Below are positions 41,601 through 53,293 of a DNA stretch of 64,000 bases, piece by piece. Made by a program: the position numbers and the translations under genes. The notes under the pieces were generated by a model. That model had not been told where the DNA came from and did no database searches. It worked only from the letters and a program-made list of their open reading frames with translations. The stretch is from assembly GCA_038496445.1 (NCBI GenBank), contig JALMLS010000577.1, positions 1,191,014 through 1,255,013 on the forward strand, written 5' to 3'. This DNA is from Trichosphaerium sp. ATCC 40318. Taxonomy: Eukaryota > Protista > Tubulinea. Every line of letters begins with the position of its first letter. The first letter of the stretch is position 1.

Positions 41601-42765
41601 TCCATTCACCCATGGAGGTGTGTTATTGTAATTCTGTTGCCAGTTGTTACCCTGAGGTTGTTTCGGCCATTGGTTCTGCACTTGATTGATGTAATTCATT
41701 TGATTATTCATTTGCGCGGTTGATGCGAAACAACTTTCAGTGTAGGATGCTATTTCTAACGCTTTGGCTAATCGCATACCCATTTGTTTACCGCGTAATT
41801 GTAGCGCTACCTGTCCGTTGATGCTTGTATGTAAACTGTTAAGGAATTTTTCGGCTTGTTCTTCTTCATTGTATAGGGAACGATCACCTATACTCTTGAC
41901 TTGTCTAAACCAATTCTGTACGTTGAGATTTAACCCTTCTTGTGTCATAGTACTGAATTGCTTTCGTGATTTGACTACTTCCGCGAATGAACGAAAGCGA
42001 GCGAGTAGTGCGTGAAGAATCTTTTGAGGTTTATCCTTTAAACTGAAATTGTGTACTATCTCACCGGCTTCGCCTTTGGTATAATTCTGTAAACAATAGT
42101 TGTATGCTTCTTGATCGTAATTGTTGCTGTCGACGTATTTCTGAACACTACGCAAAAATTCATGGAGATCACCATTGTCACCGAATTTTTCTAAATCGGG
42201 ATTTCTATGTTTAGGTGTTCGCTTGATTGTATCACTCCAATCGATGCCCACAACCACTCCGTTTTCGTAATGTCGGTGTGGTAGGTAATTCAAAAGCATA
42301 CTCTTAACCATGGCACTATATTTAGGAGCACCATTGGCATCGAGCTCATCTAGGCGATCGATTTCTCTTCGTTTATCCTGCGATCCTCTACGAGCACGTT
42401 TATCACGTTTGTCACGGGAGTGATCAGATCTCGAACGACTAGAGCGGCGTAGAGACAGTGACGAGCGCTCTAGCAAAGTGCCCAAAGAAACAACCACACC
42501 ACTAACAACAACAACAACAACCAGTGTGTAGTGTGCACGTCTTCTGTATAGACCGCACCCCCTCCGAACGTCCCTTGACGAGTTGGGCACTTCGCTAGAG
42601 CGCTCGTCACTGTCTCTACGCTGCTTACGTTTTTTAGATTTGCGTCTCGAAGGGGATCTATCACGGCGATCATCACCATCTTCACTGTTACTGGGAGACG
42701 ATGGTGGCATCATCATCGGGTGGATGACAATAGCGACTCTTAGATTTGTGTTTGTGTACTTTCTT
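38631..42765 (-). pseudogene. gag-pol pseudogene of the gypsy element
   Basis: ORFs 39831-42716 and 38631-39818 are in the same frame, split by TGA where conserved W of SxSxWSSPVV is expected; truncated by element C. Confidence 0.85.
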
Positions 42766-43800
42766 CAGGGCTGAAACTCAGCTAGGCATTGCCTTAAAAA
42801 ATGATGCATATTCCTAACATTTGGCATTAGATGGCAAAATCAAGGCATTTGCATTTGGCAATGCCCAATAAAATAAGGCATTTTTACAAAAAGGCAATGC
42901 CTTCAGCAAAAAGGCATTAATACCAGGCATTTTTGGGCATCTTTTGGCATTGCATAAAATCAGGTAATGCCTTGTATTGCATTTTTTGGCATTGTGTAAA
43001 ATCAAGTAATGCCCTGTATTGCAAGTACTTTATGCCTTTATTATGCTTTATTTTTTTAAGCAATATATGCCTTGTATTTTAATTCATATATAAGGCATTG
43101 CCTATACTATATCATAGGACTGATCACATTAAGGAAGTGGTTTAAGGTAAGTAACAGTCAAACAACTTTTACACTTTTTTTTTCACATCACCTACTGACG
43201 TTTTATATAGATAGGCACCTAGCGCTCTTAGTAATTCATGAAATTAGACGAAACCGCCCCCAAACGAACCGCAGCACCCTATTTCACCTACAACAGTAGT
43301 AGGAGTGAACTCCGCGATATTTCCAGGACCGCGGAATTCTAACACTACAAGGTAAGTTTTTTTTTTTTTTTTCTACACCATCTCATATTTTCTTTAAGGT
43401 TTTTTCAAATGTGGACTTAGGAGTTTTGTGTATTGTATGTGTACTGTATTATAAAATAAATAGTTGTGTTATTACCTGAAAATGCCCTGGTTTATTAGGC
43501 ACTGTAGACTATGATAATGCTTTTTTTTTGCCTTCAAAATAAGGCATTGATGCATGAGTTATGCCCTAATTTGAAGGCATAATTCTTTAAAATATGCAGA
43601 CAAAACCATTGCAATCTTGTGTACCAGATGCAAGCATTTCTCATCAAATATAAGGCATTTTTGGAGCAAAAAATAAGGCATTGCCCTGTATTTGCTTTTT
43701 TGAATGAGGCAAAAACTAGGCATTTTTGTAAAAAATAAGGCATTATTTGATGAAAATGCCTAGGCATTGTCCAAAAATGCCTTGTTGAGTTTCAGCCCTG
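42766..43800. mobile_element. Non-autonomous TIR element D inserted in gag
   Basis: Perfect 15-bp TIR CAGGGCTGAAACTCA; TT target duplication; AGGCATT/AATGCC subterminal repeats. Confidence 0.9.
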
Positions 43801-44532
43801 TTGGAGTGTTTCTTTCTCTCATGTTTCTTTGTTTCGCGTTTCTTACGTTCGTCAGCGCTCTTGGATGAGTAACTTTCCGATGTCGAATGCAACAACCTTC
43901 TTTTACTTAGCGTTTCTCTTTTCTTCGATAGGCTCTTCTTTTCGGATATAACTTCGACTTCCGGGGTAACAACAGAGGCGCTAGAATCAACATTGGGTTC
44001 ATTGGAATCCCCAAAAAGAGGAGAGCTTTTGTTTGTTTTCAGCTCGGATAATTGAACGGGAGTGATATTCTCTCCGTCACCTTTTTCAGGTTGTACAAAC
44101 TGCTCAGCAGTATCACAGGGCTTACTTATTTCCTTAATGACGTCTGAGCTTGTCGGAACAGCCGGGGGGACTGTCTTGGTCGGAGAACTCGGAGAGTTCG
44201 GAGGTGTGATAACTTCAGTTGTGATTTCTTTATTAATATCCGAGGCCTTTTTACTTTCTTTATCTAGCTTAGGTATCGATACTACCGCTTTTTTGGATGG
44301 CGGCGGAGATGTGATTTGTGGTTTCGGAAGAGCTTCAGGGGATTTCGGATTGGTACTAGCAGGTTTTTTCTTATGGGTTTTACGTTGGAACTTCTTCTTA
44401 GGAGCCCCGGCGGATAACTTCTTCGTACGCTGTTGTTTAGGCGTACGTTGTAGGTAAGGTTCGTTGGTGTGTCTGGTCTTCTGTTTGTCGGTCATACGCT
44501 GGTTTTCAAATTCGAGTCGTGTCGCCAAAATA

Positions 44533-44854
44533 TGTTAAGGCTATTTTAGGAGGAGAGGTCAACTGTGTATTTATTGTGTGATTATGCATCGTACACCGGA
44601 GATAGTACGGAGTAGTGCGTTTTACAATATGTAGTAGTGTGATACAGGAATGTGTATAAAAACTCTCTTACACTATCGCTCTTCTTTTGGCCTTTGTAAG
44701 CACAGGCTATTGTCAGCGCCCTCCAAGTTTTATTGTAAGTAATCCAAATGGAATGATCAGCCAGGTAGTTTCCGAAAGTATAGACTTGAACAGTGGTACA
44801 TAACTATTTGCTGCTAATACCTAATTTACATTACTTTGTTTCCCGGATACAACA
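44533..44854 (-). repeat. Putative 5' LTR of the gypsy element
   Basis: TGTT...AACA ends; followed on minus strand by TATTT then PBS-like TGGCGACACGACT; no partner LTR, so outer boundary unverified. Confidence 0.6.
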
Positions 44855-44875
44855 CGTGTCGTTAATAAAAGGTAG

Positions 44876-45953
44876 ACCCTGAATTATTCGGTGTTACATT
44901 CGAAAATCTTACTCCCTTACCTGTGAGACCTATATCTGCCGCACTAAGTACGTAGTTTGCATTTCAAAAATCAAGAAGATAAAACCTTTCGGATTATGCG
45001 TGTTTGGCGTTAATTTTTTTTAAGTACCTTCTCTGGATGGGTCTCTTTTAGTGTTGTTCCAAGGGGAAGAAGTTGTAGTAAAAACAGAAAGTGATGTAGA
45101 AGTATGTAGAGGAGATAATGGATTGGACAGATTAACTGCTATCTACAATGATGGGAACTTTGTTTCTGAAAACAAGTTCGTAGTACTCGAGTCATCTAGC
45201 CAGTTTATAGAATACACACTTAACCCTTCTTCACCTGAATGTATTTCAATGGTACCGTCCTGTACTTTTGCGCTTGAGGCTCAGCAATTTATTTTACAAT
45301 GTACGTAAAAGTGGAGTTGAACAACTAAGATCTGAGGGTCACCCCAGACAATAAACGGCGTGTAAAGAGCTGACTGAACCTAGTTGCCATTGATGGTGAT
45401 GTGATGTACTTGTTAGTACATACTTCTGGGATAGCAACAATACACCGGGTTCCAACTTCGACATTACTTTCTGGAGCCCCATGCGAATATACGTTGGATG
45501 CCATGACATTATTTGTAGAGGGTTTGTATCCCACCACTTCCAATTTAGACATACTAGATGATGATAGGCTCATAATTAGTGTTGGTTTTGATACTTCGCA
45601 AGTAGACAAAGTGACAGGTAATTACATTTGTAGTAGAAACTGACGATTAACTGAATTATTTGAGGTGCTGTAACTACATACGGGCAAATTACTTTTCCAT
45701 CCTATGTTTACTACCCTGGATTTAATCCTCTGCCAGCGTGTGTTTCAAGGTCAGATAAAGTCTCCTAGACGATCCTTTGTATTCTTGGTTTTTTGCGTAT
45801 TTTTTGAGAATGTTTGTTGTTGAACCTTATTTGATTTAGGAAACGAGCAATAGCTTCTGATGAAGAAAGAATACGGCTCTTACACCGTTGAATTTATAAC
45901 AAACATCCGTTATAATAAAACAGTTGGTAGTGTAGCTTTGAACGTTTTCTAGT
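44876..45953 (+). CDS. Multi-exon gene fragment of unknown function, 5' end not found
   Basis: Exon-like ORFs 45051-45308 and 45401-45643 bounded by GT/AG; starts right after the LTR. Confidence 0.4.
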
Positions 45954-46235
45954 CAAGATACAAAACTCTTCTTCTAAGTGACCAATAAAAAAGATTAATG
46001 CTCCAATTTTAAGTTTGTCCGTACTCATGACCTAAACCTTTTTCATCCTCATAGTTTGTGTTATAGGTGCTAGCATGTAACTAAACCATTTTGCTTGTTA
46101 GCACAAACTTTATGCTCACAATGATGAACAAAACCGAGTTCTTTTTTATCGACAATACAAAACAGTCTTTTAGATGAAACGTCTACTTTAAATTACTTTA
46201 TTAACCTAGTATACCACTGAGTCTCCTTTTGCGCA

Positions 46236-47148
46236 TCAAAATTCTGATGGCTTCTTGCCACTTTTCTTTACATAGTTCTCCCATTTATCCAAAGGCCAAA
46301 AGAAAAGCATGTTTTCAAAAGTACTTAAATTGTAAACAAGCTTCTCATGCTTCTCTAGCTCTTCTGCTTCTTCTTTTACTTGTTTTTTAAATCCAGGCGA
46401 AATTAATTGCATAAAATAAGACCCTCTATTAGTGCCTTCGTCTTGTAGGAACTTTTTATAGTTGGAAAAGTAGAGAATGCATAAAATGATGTATATAAGG
46501 TTTTCGATTTGCAAAAAACTTAAGATATTTTTGCTTGTCTGTTCAAATGAAGGCGATATTATACGAATACTGTTGATGTAATCAAAGAGAAAGAATATAG
46601 ATACGTATTCTATAAGAGGAGGTATGGTATCAATGGCCAAGTTAATGAAAAAGAACAACACGCCTAAAGAGAAGAGTTAAGCAAGAGACACGAGAAAATG
46701 CGTTGTGTTTTTTTTGGAATTTTTTTTGGGTTTTGTGTGGATCACGTGATCAAGTACCTAAACATTTGAATGGAGAAATCCATACTATAGCTTCAGTAAG
46801 AACATCCAAGAACACAATCGCCGTTTCAGCGAGTAGTAGAATGTAAAACAATTGCGAAGAGTAAATAAGCTCTTCTGCTTCTTCTACAAAGATTTTCTCC
46901 TCGAACGTGACCGATATATTCGCCACGTGCTCCAATTCATGAGTAAAATGTTCTATACGAACCATACCAACAACAGAGAATGCCAGAGCAAGTACTAAGC
47001 CACCAATGATAACAATTAAAGCATTTCGTCTTCTTTGTTTTAATATCTTTTTTACTTTATGATGTACTGAGTGTTTGACGCGCTCAGTAATACTTAGCCC
47101 TTGAGAACGAAGTTCCTCGTCAGAATTGCTTTCTGAAGCTGCAGCCAT
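46236..47148 (-). CDS. Multi-pass membrane protein of unknown function (2 exons)
   Basis: Two ORFs joined by a GTACTT...TTTAG intron; ~4 hydrophobic segments. Confidence 0.7.
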
Positions 47149-47428
47149 TGTAAGAATTTAAACTAAGTAGCGATTGGCTTAAACAAGGTAGTGAGGTTCT
47201 TCTGATGGTGCACCTACAACAAAAACACGTAAAGATAATCCTTAGCAGTCGGCAGGAAGTATTATTGTGACAGAATTGTGAATTACTACTTGTATTGACC
47301 AAGCAGTTTATCGATAATAAAAATGACTAACTTGGAGATGAATGTCATTGGTTCTACCGACCATTCGGGGCATAAGTGAAACAAAGAATAGCATGTGCAA
47401 ACTTTTTATTCCTTACAGCGTGAGAGTC

Positions 47429-48467
47429 TTACTTTGTAGCTTCCAGTAATACAGTGTAGTCAAACCACTTTAATATTTCTTCAAAAGACTCCTTTGATAG
47501 TCCAGTTTTACCCAAGTCATCATTGTCGTACTCCTTGAGTGCATTCAATTTACGTATTTTTGAGAACCCTGCTTTTTTTAGACAATCGATTGCTGTTGAC
47601 TCCTTGTAGTCGTATCCCTTTAGGTTAACACCTTCTCCACTTTCTAATCTTACTGTATAGTTATATTCAACAGCATCTGTAGGTTCTTGTGGGATCTTAG
47701 ATAAGTCCAATTGCGTTATACATCCATAAGCCTTTAGTGTTTTTTGATCTTAGACAAAAAATAAGTTTTCAAAAAAAAACATCACGCTGTTAGTCATGTT
47801 ACCTTTCTTCAACAACGCTTTATTTAACGGGAAAATAATATAGCATTTCCCATTAGCAGCTGTATAACCGAATAAACTATTTATCATAGTTTGTAAGGCT
47901 TCAACGCTCTGAGCACACTGAAGGACATAGTTGCATAAAACAAGTTCGAATTGTTCTCCTTTTTCTGCAGCAGTTGTACTTCCAAGTGCAACAGTATCAA
48001 ACCTTGATATAGGTTAACAATAGAACTCATCGCATGCCACTAACAGAAAAACTTTGAAGAAGAAAGAAAAGACTCACGATGCATCAATGTCCAAAGACTT
48101 GGCTCTTTTTTTCGCTTGTGAAATCATATCACTCGATTGATCGATCCCTGAAGCACGTGCGCCTCTCTTTGATGCTTCAAATACCCAATCACCTAGTTTT
48201 GAAACCAATTAACAACGTACGTAGTGAAAAAGCGCGTATTGTGAGTTTTAAGGTTGTTTACTGCTAAGTCTTTGTATATTCGCGTTTAATTGTACCTGTA
48301 CCGCATCCAGCGTCTAGAATAGACTTGTTTTTTATGTTTCCGAGTAGTTTGAATATTTGAGAGCGAACGTAAGGTTTAAGAAAGTTTCCTTTACCTCCAT
48401 ACACTCTACTCCATTTCTCAGCAACGTTTTGGGTATATAATGCGGCTGGTGCTATTGTCTCGCTCAT
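47429..48467 (-). CDS. Class I SAM-dependent methyltransferase
   Basis: ILDAGCGTG motif I, GIDQSSDMI, FELVLCNYVL, LKKAGF. Confidence 0.85.
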
Positions 48468-49017
48468 GTTGTGTTCTGATTTGTTATGTCAAGTCCAAAA
48501 AAAATTGGGGTTTCACAAGAAAGCAATAATTTGGGGTTCAAATCCACCCAAAATGGTGCATTGTATGTCATGAATGTCCCTTGTTTAAGAGGTACCCGTG
48601 TTGCTGTAAGAGCGCTAAATCTGTTAGTTGCAAGGATAGGTTACCATCTCTAAATAGAAAGTGTTTCTCGTGGGTTATTAAATGTACTAATCTAGAGCGC
48701 TCGTTACCAATTTCAACGTATAGCTTGTGTGGAATTAATCTCTTAGAAACTAGTCTCTTGTATAGAAGTAGAATTTGAAAAAAGAAGTGAAATAAGCGTG
48801 GAAATATGCAGAGAAAATCTTGACAATCTTGATACGTATACAATACTTCTAGAGCACTTCTTTAAATAGAATTGATTCGCGATATTTAGTGAGAGAAGGC
48901 ACGCGAATGGACTTCTAAAAAGAACAGGAACTCCCGTTTAAAACAAGCCAACATGATGCAAACAAAACTCTTTAATGAAGTTACTACATACCTACGGTAG
49001 AGGTTTATAAACTCAGT

Positions 49018-49935
49018 TCATCTTTCAAAGTAATACTCTTTCATTAAAGTGCCATTCTTCTCCCAAACTTTATAATCTCCCTTCAGCTTGCTGTTGACAT
49101 AAAAGCAATCAACGAGTATTTGACTGGTTTCATGCCACTTCCTAAACTCTCCTTCGAGTTTGGCATCTACATAATAGCACTGCATATACAACTGGCCGTT
49201 ATCATACCACTCTTGATAGTGTCCATCCAGATCACCATCGGAGTAACTGCATTCAACAAACATCTTACCATTCACATGCCATTCCTTGTATTCTCCGTTT
49301 AATGTACCACGGGTATGTTTGCTCAGTTTGCGAGGTTGACCGTCTTCATCCCATGCTCTAAATTCTCCTTCTAGTTTGCCTTTAACATGATGGCAAAGTA
49401 TAGAAACTTGTCCGTTTTCATGCCATTGTTTATATTCTCCTTCTCGATTATCATTCCTATACTTGGTGTACATCTTCAACTGTCCGTTCTTGTACCATCT
49501 CTTGCAATCTCCTTGTAGCCTATCGTTCAAGAAACACCGCTGTTCTTTTAATTGGACACCATCATACCACACTTGGTAATTACCAAAGCGTTTGCCGTGT
49601 TTCCAAAATTGTTGCCGAACCACGTGATCGCTTGTTATTACAACTTGTCTAACGCCTTTAACCTCTGATTCTATTTGATTGACAGCGTGTTGCTTCCAAC
49701 TACCTTGTTTCCTCAAGTATCTATCAAACCTTGTTGTGATTGCCGAGTACCTAGAAAATAGAGGCCACTTCAAATAAACCTCAAAGTCTAGCTTGATAAT
49801 CTTCTGTTGTATTTTTTGGGGAAGGCGTAGTAGCAATGGGTTCCAAAAAGCTGTGTCTGACTTCTTTATCTATTTGTTTATCAGTTTACTTAACAAGCAC
49901 GTTATTATTACCTCCTTAGACGATGTTTGGTCCAT
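49018..49935 (-). CDS. F-box-like N-terminus + MORN-variant repeat protein (paralogue 1)
   Basis: Exon 1 MDQTSSKE, then LLRLPQKIQQKII, then ~8 repeats G.Y..W..NGQL....Y....L.G. Confidence 0.85.
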
Positions 49936-50259
49936 AATAATCGCTAAGCGTTTGTGTTGTGAAATGCTAACGGTGGGTCAAGAGTGGCTTTTCGACTTTC
50001 AATCTACTTGATTGATTTCTACTCAATCGTACAAAGGTTCTAGCTATCTAAATAAATTTAATAATCTGTTCCCAGAAACTCTTAGAGTACATAATACACA
50101 ACTTGCAAGGTTTTAGCTAGTAGTAAGGCAACTCAGTTGTTTAAAATAGCTTGAATATGAAGTTTATGGGGATCCTTTTTGTGTTTCTTGCAAAGCAAGT
50201 TCCCGTGGAATCAAACTATGATAGTGAAGTAGTTGTGACAAGGAGTAGTGAATATAAGT

Positions 50260-52278
50260 TTATTGGTGTATGCACGCTGTATCTAGCAATAAGTTCAGGC
50301 GATATGCCAAACACTCAGTCACTGCTTGTCGAGTCACTTCTGGCAATACCATCAGAAAATGAGAATCCTTTGCGGTAGTATAATCTAGTGACTGTTTAAT
50401 ACAATCTGAAGTTAAGATAATATTACATACCTATGACCATATAAAGCCACTGCAATGATAAGGGACAATAATACAACTACTCCTACTACAGAGAGTATGA
50501 CAACATACAAATTCACATCTGCCTTTCTGCAATCATTTGTATTGATGGATATTGCTACTGCAAAACCACGTGCGTTAGTACTCTCTACTGCTTCTATTCT
50601 CTCGCATGCATTCTATCATAGTATTAGATAAGAAACAGCTAAAGACAGAAAGACGTACGGATGTAGTTCCACCAATAAACTCAACAGTTGTGCTCTACCA
50701 ATACATAACTTTGTGATATGCATTAATCTACGTACTTGGGATTTACACTGTGTGAAAACTTGGATCACAACTTCACCATCTACGTATGTTCTGTTATTTA
50801 ATCTTACTTTGATACCTTCAGTAGCTGATATACATCCGTTTATTGTCACCATAGTTTCGTTTGATTCAATAGTGATCGATCCTAATACGTGCGCTGAGTT
50901 TCATAAAGATAAATCCTATTCCACTTACCTTGTTGAACGCTGAAGTTTCCATTAATTATGACATCATTGATGATCACAATACCAGTCGAAGATCCGAATA
51001 CTTCGCCCTCTAAAGTACCATTTATAACAACTGTACTATTTTCACAGCCGAATCTTTGACAACCTAGAAAACGCGTGAATACTAACATGTGGAACAACTT
51101 GGTTCTGATTCATACCAATTTCATCCGGAAGCTTCCTTGTGTAACCTAGAGGTTCCCACATCACATTTACAGTACTCTGACTAAGGCCAAGGTCAACTGT
51201 TTCTGTATTTAGTCCAGGAGGGACAGTCATACAAAAGCCATCTAAAGGTGAACGTTAGAATGATAGTCAATACTCAACTTGCGTATTGTGTTGTTTATAG
51301 CGGGGACATGTTCGGTTTCAACACGGCGGCCATTAATTACCATGGAACCCTTCTTTAATTCCGCTTCGATATCTGGATGAATGTACCCCATTTCTTCAAT
51401 AAACGCACAAAGGCGTGTGTAAGCAATGTACGGAGGAGGATAATCTTGTTTACCAACTAAAAATCTGGTTGTCATGAAATACAAAACCCTTAATTTACAA
51501 AGCACGTGCGTGGATCTTCATATGTATGTACCACAATAGGATACGGATAGCTACTCTCAATTGTAAATGTTGGCCTGGATGGTATAGACGATGCATCACA
51601 CCAATAGAAATGATTGTGGACGTCGCCACTGCCTAAACACGTGATTTCAAAAACTAGCTTGTGTGGTAAACTACGCCATACTGCTTTTAATGAGCCAACC
51701 ATTAGATTTATCCTTCCTCGCATTTGTAGCGTTAACTTTTAATCTTTGGCCATCAGAAAGTGTAGAGTACGTTGTAATAGCATCAGAGATATAATCAAAT
51801 CCAGCAACTATTTGCTTTAATCCAAATGCGGCATAAAATACAAAATGCCCGAAAAAAAGTACCAGGTCCGCTAGAATTTGGATACGACGCCCAATTTGTA
51901 TAGTTAGACCAGTCTGTCATCACCTCATGTATAGAACCAGCTGTGTTAAGGCCTGACGCGGTAAAAACGATTTGAGCATTCAAAACATCAACTACAATGA
52001 AGTAACATGAGCACAAATACTGTTAAGAAACACCTGGTCATACAGATAATGAATTCAGTAGTGTATTTGATCAATGCAAAGCTTTCAGTTGAAGTACCAG
52101 GTTCTAATAGTACGTTCTCGCACGTGTCTATCTCTAACACGTACGAAACTTGTGCCGTAAAAGATTGTCCTTGGAAAGTTGTCAATAGCAAGCTACACGT
52201 GACGTAAGATGCAATATACAGCGTACCTCTAGACACTACCACGAAAACCAATAATTGCCATAGTTGAAACATAAACAT
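50260..52278 (-). CDS. Type I membrane/surface protein with beta-rich ectodomain (3' end approximate)
   Basis: Signal peptide MFMFQLWQLLVFVVV, multi-exon ectodomain, TM LYVVILSVVGVVVLLSLIIAVALY. Confidence 0.6.
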
Positions 52279-53293
52279 AAGATCGCGTGATATTTATTGA
52301 AGAAGTTGTTAATTTGGTTGGACAATTCTGTAATATTCACATCGCCAGGATCACATTTCAAATTTAGGATGTTAGTATTAGAAAACACTCTCACGATAGA
52401 GATGAGAGAATCAAGCACTTCAGTTGTACATACAAGATACTTTGTGATGTTATGTACATGAGGGGTTAGGCGCTTTCATGCACTACAACATGTCGTATGA
52501 ATAATATCATCTCGTTTGTAGTATAACTATCGGCAGAAAAACAATCGAACGTGGACTACGTATCATGACAAAAGCAAAGCGAAAACGAATCCTTTATGAT
52601 TCCTGGTTTTTAACTGTATTTGTTCGGAACGTCCAATTATCCTTTCTGAGTCATAGTTACCACAAAGATTCAAACCCTCATCTAGTGCAGTATGATAAAC
52701 TATTACCAAATGGATTTTGATGTGCTGATGATAGGCCGAGCAACTAATGGTAGACTAGACGGTCAAGAGATAAGAAAGTCATAAAAGGCAAGCTCAAAAA
52801 AGTGATTATTGATCGAAAAATGAACTACGCCATGGTTCTACTTAGTTGTATCACTCAAAACAATATTTAGATACCCGCGTAACAACGAAAATATGAAGCC
52901 ACTTGATTCCCTTGGAAAAAGTGTAGCTCAAAATTGTGGATAAAAACCTACTTTTGGATTCGTTCCTCATTCTCACCACAGCATTATAAAGGCTGTAAAA
53001 AATCGAGTTTATTTTTAGCAGTAATTACTTTTTAGTGTTAGCCCAACTACCTCCCAAATTGAAATTCCCTTCTTTATTGGGCTGTGTTTGGCGTGCAAAA
53101 ACCAACTGTGCCAGTTTGGGAGAGTTTGATAAGCAAAAACTGTTAAAATTACTAAAGCTCTAATCTATTTAGTTAATGGTCTCTCGTTTTGGATTGAAAC
53201 TTTGACACCCAAATCTTTTACGAAAGAAAGGCCATCAAAGTGCACCTCTTCCACAAGAATAATTCTATCTAGCCTTTTTGACATCACAACCTT

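Larger units (their letters stand above)
38640..44854 (-). mobile_element. Decayed Ty3/gypsy LTR retrotransposon (5' LTR, PBS, gag, PR, RT, RNase H; integrase and 3' LTR missing)
   Basis: Zn knuckle CERCRVGGHLAQEC, protease ILDSGAS, RT YVDD, RNase H HVDAS/SDHKPL; PR-RT-RH order; in-frame TGA at 39831; interrupted by TIR elements. Confidence 0.93.

Noticed and set aside
44062-44457. Antisense ORF, and similar shadow ORFs (270-554, 6048-6512, 16066-16425)
   Set aside because: Opposite-strand shadows of better-supported coding regions
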